Source of the DNA: an uncultured Pseudomonadota bacterium
Lineage (GTDB): Bacteria; Oederibacteriota; Muellerivitia; Muellerivitales; Muellerivitaceae
Direction of reading: 5' to 3'
Length of the DNA: 64,000 nt
NCBI GenBank assembly: GCA_963770835.1
Contig: CAVYRH010000019.1
Coordinates: 256,001-320,000 of the forward strand
Shown here: positions 52,449 to 62,148 of the stretch, piece by piece
Position numbering within the stretch: the stretch's first letter is position 1
Layout of the letters: every line of letters starts with the position of its first letter
Made by a program: the position numbers and the translations under genes
Notes under the pieces: model-generated
Told to the model about the DNA's origin: nothing
Database searches by the model: none
Seen by the model: only the letters and a program-made list of their open reading frames with translations

Positions 52449-52564
52449 GAAAGTAGGTCCCGCCATTTAGGGTGATCCGCGGTGGGGCCAGGCGGCCAAT
52501 ATCCAGCGGAATCCGCGGACAAATAGGCAAGCAGGATCAACCCTCTCGAAGTAAAATTATCCCC

Positions 52565-53299
52565 ATGGGCTTTCGTATTTATCTGTTTCTTCTAACTTCC
52601 TGTTTCCTGGCCTTTTCGCTTGGCTGCCAAAAGACCTACGTCGTCCCGCCCCTCACCCAGTCCGCGGCTCCGACCGTCACCCCCATTTGTTATGGTGGTA
52701 TAGATGGTGAACCGGGCACCTGTACCAGCGGGATTAACTGGGGAGCCTTCGTGGAGAACTACGACGTCAGCGGCGTTTACCAATACGCGGCGTCGATGGC
52801 CTTGGCGGTCAACTGCGCGCCGGAAACCACCGATGGGGTCACCCTCACCGGGCCGGGTGTCACCCTTCCCCTGGCCTACGACAATTTGGTGACAATCGGG
52901 GGGACGGTTTACGCCTCTTACCAAAGCGTTACGGTGACCGGCAGCCTGACCTCGGGCGATGTTTACACGATGACATCCGCGACTTCGATCGGAACGGCTT
53001 CCGCCGCCGTCACCCTTTCCGAACCCATTACCGTGTCGAAATATTCGGGATACGACGTCGCTACCTGGAATGGCCCTTCCTGCGGCTTGAACCTTTTTAC
53101 TTTTAACACCGGGGGCGAATGCTCATGGACAGGGAATGGGTTTGAGTCCGTTTCACCGATGACTATTACAAGCTTTGGGGGTGGTTCTTGTATTCCTTCA
53201 ACCCTGGTGGGAGCGCAACTCTTCAGCTCAAACACCAACCTCGTTGGAGGATCAGGCTCTTTTAGCATGGCAAACGGCGCCCTCGTCACATACCCATAA
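52565..53299 (+). CDS. Hypothetical Cys/Thr/Gly-rich lipoprotein
   Basis: Lipobox SLGC followed by a PT linker; ATG at 52565. Confidence 0.65.
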   Translation: MGFRIYLFLLTSCFLAFSLGCQKTYVVPPLTQSAAPTVTPICYGGIDGEPGTCTSGINWGAFVENYDVSGVYQYAASMALAVNCAPETTDGVTLTGPGVTLPLAYDNLVTIGGTVYASYQSVTVTGSLTSGDVYTMTSATSIGTASAAVTLSEPITVSKYSGYDVATWNGPSCGLNLFTFNTGGECSWTGNGFESVSPMTITSFGGGSCIPSTLVGAQLFSSNTNLVGGSGSFSMANGALVTYP

Positions 53300-53363
53300 A
53301 AAAAAGCGGGACCGATTGGCCCCGCCTTCAAAATCTTTACCAGGCTGGTTTAATCCCATTTTT

Positions 53364-54293
53364 TCAGTTTTTTAATCTTTTTCTCTCATACATGAGCCGG
53401 TCGGCCCTCTCCATCAAGTCCCCGATGGAACAGGGGGAGGACGGATCGTAAAGCGCGATTCCCAGGCTGACCGAAAGCTTGAAATCCCCGCCCCGGTAGG
53501 AGTTATGGTCATCGAGGGTGTTTTGAAACCGCTCGAGCGCGGACGCCGCGTGGGTTTCCGCGTTGCCGACCAGGAGGGCGACAAACTCGTCCCCGCTCAA
53601 GCGGGCCAGGATGTCCGTCTCCCGGAAGGCCACCCGCAGGACATGGGCCGTTTCCATGAGCGCCAGGTCGCCCCGGTGGTGCCCGAATCGGTCGTTGATG
53701 GATTTCAACCCGTCCACGTCGGCGAACACCAGCAGCAAGGATTGTTTCGACCGGTCGGCCATTTTGAGCTGCTGCTCGGACAGGGTCAGGAACCCGCGCC
53801 GGTTATAAAGGCCGGTCAATTCATCGATGATGTAAAAAGACCGCATTTCCTCCAGGTGCCTTTGGCGCCCGATGGCGTAACGCATGGAACGGCCCAGCAA
53901 ATAACTGTCGATATCGCTTTTGACCAGGCAGTCCTGGGCCCCTTCCCGCATGACCTGGAAGGCCAGTTGGGGGTCTTCCCTTTTCGTGATAACGATGATG
54001 GGCACGCTCGGAGCCATGTGGTAGACGCCCAAAAAGACCGCCAACCCTTGGCCGTCGGGCAGGGTCAGGTCCAGGATGATGACATCCGGGAGGTTGCCGC
54101 CGATGTGTTGGTTGACGTCGGAAAGTTTTTGGACATGTTGGACCTGGATATTGGCGTCTCCGATCCCGGAAAGAACGTCCTTCCAGAAAGGCGAACCGCC
54201 GGGGTTATCCTCGGCCAGCAGGACCTTAATCTTTTGCGCATCCACAGGCCCCTCCACGGGCAAGACTGCGTTTTCCGGTTCCGCATCTTTCAT
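53364..54293 (-). CDS. Response-regulator diguanylate cyclase (REC + GGDEF)
   Basis: LAEDN, IILDLTLPD; DELTGLYNRR, K.IND..GH..GD, RETD I-site, RLSGDEF. Confidence 0.92.
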   Translation of the reverse strand: MKDAEPENAVLPVEGPVDAQKIKVLLAEDNPGGSPFWKDVLSGIGDANIQVQHVQKLSDVNQHIGGNLPDVIILDLTLPDGQGLAVFLGVYHMAPSVPIIVITKREDPQLAFQVMREGAQDCLVKSDIDSYLLGRSMRYAIGRQRHLEEMRSFYIIDELTGLYNRRGFLTLSEQQLKMADRSKQSLLLVFADVDGLKSINDRFGHHRGDLALMETAHVLRVAFRETDILARLSGDEFVALLVGNAETHAASALERFQNTLDDHNSYRGGDFKLSVSLGIALYDPSSPCSIGDLMERADRLMYERKRLKN

Positions 54294-54388
54294 TATACCT
54301 AAGCTAAGGTTTCGCCAATGCGGGACCCATAACGGGGTGGTAGTTGGCTTGATTTCAGCTAACCATGCTTGGCCATGAGGGCCAAGTA

Positions 54389-54470
54389 CAATTCAAACTC
54401 ACAAAAAAACTCAGTTTTTGGATCGCTTTAGTTTGCTTCCTCGGTCAAGAATCGGCCTCCCCGCAATGAC
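54389..54470. repeat. Second, partial copy of the ...GCAATGAC palindromic element
   Basis: Close similarity to 39916-39997 (CAGTTTTTGGA.CGCTTTAG.TTGCTTCCTCGGTCAA...CGCAATGAC). Confidence 0.75.
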
Positions 54471-54753
54471 AGCTATAGACGTTTTTAAAGTACTTCTTCA
54501 AGTTTCGGACTCCATCCCCTCCATTGACCAAGAATATCCCCGCGCCTCAAAAACTCCTTTTTCCGATACCCGAATTTCACAGGAATTTGGGTATTAGCGG
54601 CTGCATGAGAAGGTGATTACTTTCGTTTTGGGGCATGCCGCTAAGTTAAATCCTTTTTTATATGACCCGCGTCATGCAAAAAAATCCAAAAAACCCGCAT
54701 AAGTAATGCGTCGGCAAGAAAGCGCCTCATTCATTGCCAAGGAAGGAAATACC

Positions 54754-55266
54754 ATGATTCCTGCAACCGCCAGCCCAACGGCTGAGATCAAGAAAAGCGA
54801 CCCGCGCATCAAGCGCATCCTGGCCGTGATGAACGTCCAGGGCCGCAAGCCCGATTCGCTCATCCAGGTGCTCCACGCCACCCAGGAGCTCTTCGGCTAC
54901 CTGCCCAAACCGGTGATCGAGTTCATCGCCAAGGAACTGCGCATCCCCGCTTCCCGGGTCTACGGCGTGGTCACCTTCTACCACTTCTTCTCGTTGAAAC
55001 CCCAGGGCGAGCACAGCTGCGTGGTTTGCATGGGGACGGCTTGTTACGTGAAGGGCGCCCATCTCTTGATCGAGCAGATCGAGAAGGAATTCGGCGTCAA
55101 GCCGGGCGAAGTCACCAAGGACAACAAACTGGGCGTTCAGATCGCTCGCTGCATCGGATCCTGCGGCATGGCCCCGGCGGTGGTGATGGACGGCGAGGTT
55201 TTCGCCCGGGTAAAACCGGAGGAAATCGTGCCGAAGGTCAAAGCCAAAATGGGGGTAACAGCATGA
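54754..55266 (+). CDS. hoxE: Bidirectional NiFe hydrogenase subunit HoxE
   Basis: SRVYGVVTFYHFF, CMGTACYVKG, RCIGSCG. Confidence 0.9.
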   Translation: MIPATASPTAEIKKSDPRIKRILAVMNVQGRKPDSLIQVLHATQELFGYLPKPVIEFIAKELRIPASRVYGVVTFYHFFSLKPQGEHSCVVCMGTACYVKGAHLLIEQIEKEFGVKPGEVTKDNKLGVQIARCIGSCGMAPAVVMDGEVFARVKPEEIVPKVKAKMGVTA

Positions 55267-56948
55267 ATTCGGACGCATTGAAGGAACTGCGGGAAAAACT
55301 GAAGGCCGAGCGTAACGCCAAGCCGAAGAAGGTCTGCGTCTGCATGGGCGCGGGGTGCATTTCTTCCGGCTCCATGCACACCCTGGAGAAGACCAAGGCG
55401 GCGGTCAAGGACGCCAACCTGACGGACGTGGAAGTCAAATCCGTCGGCTGCATGGGCGCCTGCAATCAGGGCCCCCTGGTGCAAATGATGCCCGAGGACG
55501 TGATGTACCAGAAAGTCAGCGGGGACGACGCGGCCAAGCTGGTCACCTCCCACCTGAAGGACCACAAGACGGTCGAAAAGATGCTGATCTTCTCGGACCA
55601 AAAGGCCAACGTGCCGCTCAAGTCCCAGGAAAATTCCTTCTTTAAAAAGCAGCGCAAGATCGTGCTGGAAAACTGCGGCGTCGTGGATCCCGAAAGCATC
55701 GAGGACTATATCTCCATCGGCGGCTACACCGCCCTCCAGAAGGCCTTGACCCAAATGTCGCGGGAAGAGGTCATCGGCGAGGTCAAGCAAAGCGGCATCC
55801 GCGGGCGCGGCGGCGCGGGTTTCCCCACCGGCACCAAGTGGGAAATGTCCTATAAGTTCGTGGGTGAGAGCAAATACCTGGTCTGTAACGGCGACGAGGG
55901 GGACCCCGGCGCCTTCATGGACCGCTCGGTTTTGGAAAGCGACCCCCACCGGGTTTTGGAAGGCATGATCCTGGGCGGCTACGCTGTCGGCGCCAACAAG
56001 GGCTTCGCTTACATAAGAGGGGAATACCCCCTCGCCATCTCGCGCTTCACCACCGCCATCCAAAAGGCCAAGAAGCTGGGCCTTTTGGGTAAGAACATCC
56101 TGGAGACCCAATTCTCCTTCGACGTGGAAATCCGCATCGGGGCCGGCGCCTTCGTCTGCGGCGAGGAAACGGCGCTCTTGGCCTCCATCGAAGGCAAGCG
56201 CGGAACCCCCCGCCCCCGGCCGCCCTTTCCGGCGGAAAAGGGGGTTTGGGGCATGCCCACCCTGATTAATAACGTAGAAACCTTCGCCAATATCGCCCCC
56301 ATTGTCGAACGGGGCGGCGAATGGTACGCCGCCATCGGCACTCCCAAGAGCACGGGCACCAAGGTTTTCGCGCTCTCGGGCCGCATCCTGAACACCGGCC
56401 TGGTGGAAATCCCGGTCGGGACCACCCTTCGCGACGTCATCTTCGAGATCGGCGGAGGCATCCCGGGCGGCAAGAAATTCAAGGCGGCCCAGACCGGCGG
56501 CCCCTCGGGCGGCTGTATCCCCGAGGCGCACCTGGACACGGCCTTGGATTACGAGGCCCTGGTGAAGCTGGGTTCCATCATGGGATCGGGGGGATTGATC
56601 GTCATGGATGAGACCTCCTGCATGCCCGACGTGGCCCGCTACTTCATGGAGTTCTGCATGGACGAGTCCTGCGGCAAGTGCATTCCCTGCCGCGTGGGCA
56701 CCAAGCAGATGCACCTGCTTTTGACCAAGATCTGCACCTTCCAGGCCACCGAGCGGGACTTGGAACTGCTGGAATCCCTGGCCCCCATGGTCAAGGAAAC
56801 CAGCCTTTGCGGGCTGGGCATGAGCGCCCCGAACCCGCTGCTTTCCACCCTGCGTTACTTCCGGGACGAGTACATCGCCCACGTGAAGGAGAAACGCTGC
56901 CCCTCCGGCGTCTGCAAGCCGGCCAAATCCTTAGTGGAGGTGCGCTGA
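55263..56948 (+). CDS. hoxF: Diaphorase subunit HoxF (NuoF-like)
   Basis: GRGGAGFPTG, NGDEGDPG, GAGAFVCGEET, ESCGKCIPCR. Confidence 0.92.
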   Translation: MNSDALKELREKLKAERNAKPKKVCVCMGAGCISSGSMHTLEKTKAAVKDANLTDVEVKSVGCMGACNQGPLVQMMPEDVMYQKVSGDDAAKLVTSHLKDHKTVEKMLIFSDQKANVPLKSQENSFFKKQRKIVLENCGVVDPESIEDYISIGGYTALQKALTQMSREEVIGEVKQSGIRGRGGAGFPTGTKWEMSYKFVGESKYLVCNGDEGDPGAFMDRSVLESDPHRVLEGMILGGYAVGANKGFAYIRGEYPLAISRFTTAIQKAKKLGLLGKNILETQFSFDVEIRIGAGAFVCGEETALLASIEGKRGTPRPRPPFPAEKGVWGMPTLINNVETFANIAPIVERGGEWYAAIGTPKSTGTKVFALSGRILNTGLVEIPVGTTLRDVIFEIGGGIPGGKKFKAAQTGGPSGGCIPEAHLDTALDYEALVKLGSIMGSGGLIVMDETSCMPDVARYFMEFCMDESCGKCIPCRVGTKQMHLLLTKICTFQATERDLELLESLAPMVKETSLCGLGMSAPNPLLSTLRYFRDEYIAHVKEKRCPSGVCKPAKSLVEVR

Positions 56949-57655
56949 TGGGAACCCCCTTTACCTTGACGATTGACGGGAAGGACGTCCAGGCCGAACC
57001 GGGACAGTCGCTGTTGGACGTGTGCCGGAAGAACGAGATTCCCATTCCCACCCTCTGCCACATGGACGGCCTCTCCGAGGTCGGCGCCTGTAGGCTCTGC
57101 CTGGTAGAAATGGAAGGCACCCCCCGGCTTTTCCCCACCTGCGTGACCATGGCCGCGCCGGGCCAGAAGGTGCATACCAACACCGATAGGCTCCAGAAGC
57201 ACCGCCGCACCATCGTGGAGCTGCTCTTTTCCGAGCGCAACCACATCTGTTCCGTCTGCGTGGCCAATAAGAACTGCGAATTGCAGGATTTGGCCAAGTC
57301 GGTCGGGATGGAGCACGTGCGGCTTCCCTACCTGATGCCCGTGGTGGAAGTGGACGCTTCCCACCCCAAATACGTCATCGACCACAACCGCTGCGTGATG
57401 TGCACCCGCTGCGTGAGGGTCTGCGACGAAGTGGAGGGCGCCCAAGTTTGGGACGTCATGAGCCGCGGATTCAACTCCCGCATCATCTCGGGGTTCCACG
57501 ACCCCTGGGCCTCTTCCGACGCCTGCACCTGGTGCGGCAAATGCGTGATGGTGTGCCCCGTGGGGGCGCTGTGGCCCAAGGATGCGGCCCAAGGCAAGCT
57601 GTTGAAGCATCCGGACCTGGTCTCGGGTTTGGTCCAGAAAAGGAAAGAAAAATGA
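56948..57655 (+). CDS. hoxU: Diaphorase Fe-S subunit HoxU
   Basis: IPTLC..GACRLCLVE, NHICSVC, CVMCTRCVRVC, CTWCGKCVMVCP. Confidence 0.92.
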   Translation: MGTPFTLTIDGKDVQAEPGQSLLDVCRKNEIPIPTLCHMDGLSEVGACRLCLVEMEGTPRLFPTCVTMAAPGQKVHTNTDRLQKHRRTIVELLFSERNHICSVCVANKNCELQDLAKSVGMEHVRLPYLMPVVEVDASHPKYVIDHNRCVMCTRCVRVCDEVEGAQVWDVMSRGFNSRIISGFHDPWASSDACTWCGKCVMVCPVGALWPKDAAQGKLLKHPDLVSGLVQKRKEK

Positions 57656-58200
57656 GCAAGAAAAAGATCGCAACCGTTTGGCTGGCCGGCTGTTCCGGCT
57701 GCCATATGTCCCTCCTGGACATCGACGAGCGCCTGTTGGACGTGGTGGCCCTGGCCGACATCGTGAAAAGCCCGGTGGTGGACGGAAAAAACCTTCCCGA
57801 CGTGGATGTCACCCTGGTGGAAGGCGCTGTCTCCAGCGAGGAGCACGTGGAGGAATTGAAACACATCCGCGCCAAGAGCAAGTTCGTCGTGGCCTTTGGC
57901 GACTGCGCGGTGACGGCCAATGTGGCGTCGCTACGGAACCTGGTGGGGACCGAAGTAGCCTTGAAAAAGGCCTATGTGGAGCTGCCTTCCAACGTGCCCG
58001 GCAAGCTGCCGCCGGGCGACGGTAGCAAGGGGGTGTCGGTGCTTTTGCCGAGGGTGATGCCCCTGCACGAAGTGATCAAGATTGACTATTACATCCCCGG
58101 GTGCCCGCCGGACGCGGATAGGATTTTCGACATCCTTCTGGCGCTTTTGACCGACAAGACACCGGATCTCTCCAACGAAAGGAAGGCCTCCTATGGCTGA
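57652..58200 (+). CDS. hoxY: Hydrogenase small subunit HoxY
   Basis: WLAGCSGCHMS, VEGAV, GDCA, IPGCPP. Confidence 0.92.
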   Translation: MSKKKIATVWLAGCSGCHMSLLDIDERLLDVVALADIVKSPVVDGKNLPDVDVTLVEGAVSSEEHVEELKHIRAKSKFVVAFGDCAVTANVASLRNLVGTEVALKKAYVELPSNVPGKLPPGDGSKGVSVLLPRVMPLHEVIKIDYYIPGCPPDADRIFDILLALLTDKTPDLSNERKASYG

Positions 58201-59626
58201 TCTCAAAGTCATCAAAATCAACCCCGTGACCCGCATCGAGGGCCACGCCAAGATTTCCCTCTTTTTGAACGACAAAAACGAGGTTTCGGACGCCCAGTTC
58301 CATGTGGACGAGTTCCGCGGCTTCGAGAAGTTCTGCGAGGGCCGGCTTTACACCGAGATGCCGGTCATTACGCCCCGCATCTGCGGCATCTGCCCCGTGT
58401 CCCACTCGATTGCCAGCGCCAAGGCTTGCGACGACATCCAGCGGGTAATGGTGCCCGAAACCGGCGTGAAGCTGCGCCGCCTGATCCAACTGGGCCAACT
58501 GCTCTCTTCCCACGCCTTAAGCTACTTCTACCTCTCGGCCCCCGACTTCCTTTTGGGTTGGGATTCGGACCCGGCCTTGAGGAACGTGGTGGGATTGGCC
58601 GCCAAGTTCCCTGACGTCGCCAAACGGGGCATCCGCCTGCGCAAGTTCGGGCAGGAGATCTCCCAGCACATCACGGGCAAGAAGATCCATACCAACGGCA
58701 TCATCGCCGGCGGCGTATCCGCCCCCTTGAAACCGGAAAGCCGCCAGGACTTGCTCGCCTGGGTCCCCGAAGCCATGGAGACCACCCTGATCGGCTTGAA
58801 GCTCCTCAAGGACTACATGGACGCCCACAAGGAGGAAGTGGAGAGCTTCGCGCCCGCCGAGACCCTGCATATGGGAATCGTCGGCCCCGACGGCGCCCAC
58901 GAAATGTATGACGGCAAGCTGCGCTGGGTGGGCCCGGACGGCAAGATCGTCAAGGACCAGGTCGACCCCCGGGAATACCTCACCTACATCGCCGAGATGC
59001 CGGTGGAGTACTCCTATCTGAAGTACCCCTACTACAAGCCCCTGGGCTACCCCCAGGGCATCTACCGGGTAGGCCCGCTGGCCCGCCTGAACATCGCCTC
59101 GAAGATGAAGACCCCCAAGGCCCAGAAGGAATTCGAGTCCTTCAAGAGCATCGGGAGGGGCCGCGCCGTCAACGGGACCTTCTATTACCACTACGCCCGC
59201 CTGATCGAGACCATCGCCTGCATCGAGGAGATCGAGATGCTCTTGAGCGATCCCAAAATCCTTTCCACCGACGTGCAAGCCGTGGCCGGAAGGAACCAGG
59301 AGGAAGGCGTCGGCTGCACCGAGGCCCCCCGGGGAACCCTCTTCCACCACTACAAGGTGGACAAGGGCGGCCAGTTGACCATGGTGAACCTGGTGATCGC
59401 CACCGGGCAGAACAACCCCTCCATGAACCGCTCGGTGCTGGACGTGGCCAAGCAATACGTGAAGGGCGCGGACGTGAAGGAAGGCGCCCTGAACCGCGTG
59501 GAAGCCGCCATCCGCTGCTACGACCCCTGCCTGTCCTGTTCCACCCACGCCATCGGCGCCATGCCCATGGTGGTGGAGATAAGGGACGCCAAGGGCGAAC
59601 TGGTGCGGACGATCGAAAGAAATTAA
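58193..59626 (+). CDS. hoxH: NiFe hydrogenase large subunit HoxH (group 3d)
   Basis: PVTRIEGH, RICGIC (L1), DPCLSCSTH (L2) plus cleavable tail. Confidence 0.95.
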   Translation: MADLKVIKINPVTRIEGHAKISLFLNDKNEVSDAQFHVDEFRGFEKFCEGRLYTEMPVITPRICGICPVSHSIASAKACDDIQRVMVPETGVKLRRLIQLGQLLSSHALSYFYLSAPDFLLGWDSDPALRNVVGLAAKFPDVAKRGIRLRKFGQEISQHITGKKIHTNGIIAGGVSAPLKPESRQDLLAWVPEAMETTLIGLKLLKDYMDAHKEEVESFAPAETLHMGIVGPDGAHEMYDGKLRWVGPDGKIVKDQVDPREYLTYIAEMPVEYSYLKYPYYKPLGYPQGIYRVGPLARLNIASKMKTPKAQKEFESFKSIGRGRAVNGTFYYHYARLIETIACIEEIEMLLSDPKILSTDVQAVAGRNQEEGVGCTEAPRGTLFHHYKVDKGGQLTMVNLVIATGQNNPSMNRSVLDVAKQYVKGADVKEGALNRVEAAIRCYDPCLSCSTHAIGAMPMVVEIRDAKGELVRTIERN

Positions 59627-59635
59627 GGCGTTTTC

Positions 59636-59728
59636 ACCGCCAAGGCGCCAAGACGCCAAGGTGATCGAAAAGATGTTGAAACAGACTTTTTGATTTTGCC
59701 TTTCTTGGCGTCTTAGTGCCTTGGCGGT
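59636..59728. repeat. CCAAG/CTTGG palindromic element between hoxH and pgk
   Basis: ACCGCCAAGGCGCCAAGACGCCAAG ... CTTGGCGTCTTAGTGCCTTGGCGGT. Confidence 0.78.
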
Positions 59729-59756
59729 TTATCTTCAGTTTTGAAAGGAATAGGTT

Positions 59757-61031
59757 ATGTCCTACAACAAACTGACGGTCGAGGATTTACAGCCCTCCGG
59801 CAAGAGGGTCCTGGTCCGGGTGGATTTTAACGTTCCCCTGGATGGAAACCTCAAGATCACCGACGACACCCGCATCCGGGAATCCCTGAAAACCATCCAA
59901 TATCTCTCCCAGAAAGGCGCTAAGGTGGTGCTTTGCTCCCACCTGGGCCGGCCCAAGGGCGCGGACGAGAAGCTGCGCCTGAAGCCCGTGGCCGACCGCC
60001 TTTCCGACCTCCTGAAGAAACCCGTCAAGTCCCTCAAGGAATGCGTGGGCCACGACGTGGAAAAGGAAGTGGCGGCCATGAAGAACGGCGAGGTCCTGTT
60101 GCTGGAGAACCTGCGCTTCCATCCCGGGGAGGAAAAAAACGACCCAACCTTCGCGGCCAAGCTGGGGGCCCTGGCGGACATCTACGTGAACGACGCTTTC
60201 GGCACAGCCCACCGGGCCCATGCCTCCACCGAGGGCGTGACGAAGTTCATTCCCCAGTCGGCAGCGGGCTTCCTGATGATGAAGGAGATCCAGTACCTGG
60301 GCGGGGCGCTTTCCAACCCGGCGAGGCCCTTCGTGGCCATCATCGGGGGTGCCAAGATCTCCGGCAAGATCGACGTCATCAAGAACCTCATGAAGGTGGT
60401 GGACGTGCTCATCATCGGGGGCGGGATGTCCTACACCTTCCTGAAATCCCGGCGCTTCGAGATCGGCAAGTCCCTGGTGGAGAACGACAAGGTGGAGCTG
60501 GCCGACCAGCTCATCGCCCAGTCCGTGGATACCGACGTTCCCTTGCTCTTGCCTATCGACCACGTGATCGCGGACAAATTCGATCCCCACGCCAACGTGA
60601 AGACCGTGGCCCGGGGCGGCATCCTGCCCGATTGGGAGGGCATGGACATCGGCCCCCAAACCATCGAGAAATACGCCGAATTCATCCGCACCGGCCAGAC
60701 GATCTTCTGGAACGGCCCCGTGGGGGTCTTTGAGATGGCGCCCTTCGCCAAGGGGACTCTGGCCATCGCCAAGCTCCTGGCCGAGGCTTCGGAAAAGGGC
60801 GCGACAACCATCGTGGGCGGCGGGGATTCGGTGGCGGCGGTCACCCAGATGGGCCTGGCCCCCAAGATGACCCATATTTCCACCGGCGGCGGCGCGTCGC
60901 TGGAGTTCATGGAAGGCAAGCAGCTTCCCGGCATCCTGGCCTTGACCGACAAGAAAGTTTCCGCCCCGGCCGCGGTCTCCGCCGAGGTTGAAGCCAAGCA
61001 ACAGTTCCACTCCCAGTTCCGCAACCCCTGA
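59757..61031 (+). CDS. pgk: Phosphoglycerate kinase
   Basis: [41 protein letters not shown]. Confidence 0.97.
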   Translation: MSYNKLTVEDLQPSGKRVLVRVDFNVPLDGNLKITDDTRIRESLKTIQYLSQKGAKVVLCSHLGRPKGADEKLRLKPVADRLSDLLKKPVKSLKECVGHDVEKEVAAMKNGEVLLLENLRFHPGEEKNDPTFAAKLGALADIYVNDAFGTAHRAHASTEGVTKFIPQSAAGFLMMKEIQYLGGALSNPARPFVAIIGGAKISGKIDVIKNLMKVVDVLIIGGGMSYTFLKSRRFEIGKSLVENDKVELADQLIAQSVDTDVPLLLPIDHVIADKFDPHANVKTVARGGILPDWEGMDIGPQTIEKYAEFIRTGQTIFWNGPVGVFEMAPFAKGTLAIAKLLAEASEKGATTIVGGGDSVAAVTQMGLAPKMTHISTGGGASLEFMEGKQLPGILALTDKKVSAPAAVSAEVEAKQQFHSQFRNP

Positions 61032-61046
61032 CCTGTCCGTTTTTAG

Positions 61047-61081
61047 CCGTCATCGCGGGGAATCACTCCTCGCGATGACGG
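61047..61081. repeat. Short GTCAT..ATGAC-family hairpin after pgk
   Basis: CCGTCATCGCG...CGCGATGACGG. Confidence 0.65.
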
Positions 61082-61254
61082 TTTAAGCTCAGCCGGTCCC
61101 TCTGCATCACCGCCCACGAATGAAAAACTCTATGCGATTAATCATAAATATAGCTGGGTTTTAAAGATAAAACATGGGTATTGGGCCGCCCTGCAAGGCG
61201 GGAAATTCCGGCGAACGGTTTAAAACCCGGGACCGGTATTCGGGAGGTCGGGCA

Positions 61255-61743
61255 ATGGTTGACGCACCCAAGACTTTACTTTTAGGCCTGGGGAACGCCA
61301 CTCGCGGGGACGACGGAGCGGGTTGGGAGGTCGTGTGCTTGTTTGATTTCCTGCGCATCCCGGGACTGGAAACCCGTGTCGCCCCTCAATTGGGCCCGGA
61401 GCTCTTGGAGGAATGGGGTGGTTTCGACCGCGTGGTTTTCGTGGACGCCTCAATCGGCGAAGCGGAAGTGCGTTTGGAAAGGGTCGTGGAATCCGAAGCC
61501 ACTCCCGCCTCTTCCACCCATCATTTGAAACCCGAAACCCTTTTGCAGCTCTCCCGGGCGTTGAACACCCGTTGCCCGGAGCTTTATGTTTGCAGCGTCC
61601 CGGCCAGCAACTTTGAGTTCGGCGAACCTTTTTCCGCCACTACCCGGCGCAATATCCACCAGGCGGTCCGCCTCCTGATCCAATGGCTGACCGACGGCAA
61701 AGGTTACGTCAACACAGTGGAGGCCCAGCTGCAGCAGCCGTAA
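61255..61743 (+). CDS. hoxW: Hydrogenase maturation protease
   Basis: LGLGNATRGDDGAG, VVFVDA, STHH; GGAGG before ATG 61255. Confidence 0.88.
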   Translation: MVDAPKTLLLGLGNATRGDDGAGWEVVCLFDFLRIPGLETRVAPQLGPELLEEWGGFDRVVFVDASIGEAEVRLERVVESEATPASSTHHLKPETLLQLSRALNTRCPELYVCSVPASNFEFGEPFSATTRRNIHQAVRLLIQWLTDGKGYVNTVEAQLQQP

Positions 61744-61777
61744 CAACCCGAAGGGTTGATTGTTTTGGAGGTGCGCC

Positions 61778-62122
61778 ATGCACGAGCATAAATTTACCGA
61801 TCAAATCGTCCAGTCGGTCCTGGACGAACTTCACCAGCACCCGGAGGCCAAGCCCAAAAAGGTCGAGGTCATCGTGGGCGAGGTGTTCCACTTGGAGGAG
61901 GAAAGTGTGCGGATGCACTTCAACCTTCTCACCCAAGGGACGCCCTTGGAGGACGTGGAACTGAGCCTTCAGCAGGAACCCCTGGAAGTCACCTGCCGCG
62001 ACTGCGGCGAAACCGGCCCCGTGGAGGACCACCACCTTCCCACCTGCAACGCCTGCGGCTCCCTGGAGGTCAAAACCGTCCGGGGAAACCACGTGGACGT
62101 GCGACTGATGGAAGCGCCGTAA
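61778..62122 (+). CDS. hypA: Hydrogenase nickel metallochaperone
   Basis: MHE start, CRDC...CNAC. Confidence 0.92.
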   Translation: MHEHKFTDQIVQSVLDELHQHPEAKPKKVEVIVGEVFHLEEESVRMHFNLLTQGTPLEDVELSLQQEPLEVTCRDCGETGPVEDHHLPTCNACGSLEVKTVRGNHVDVRLMEAP

Positions 62123-62148
62123 AAGCGAAGAGCTTTTGAGGTTCTAAA

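Noticed and set aside
54540..54750. Rex operator upstream of the hox genes
   Set aside because: No convincing TTGTGAA-N4-TTCACAA match.
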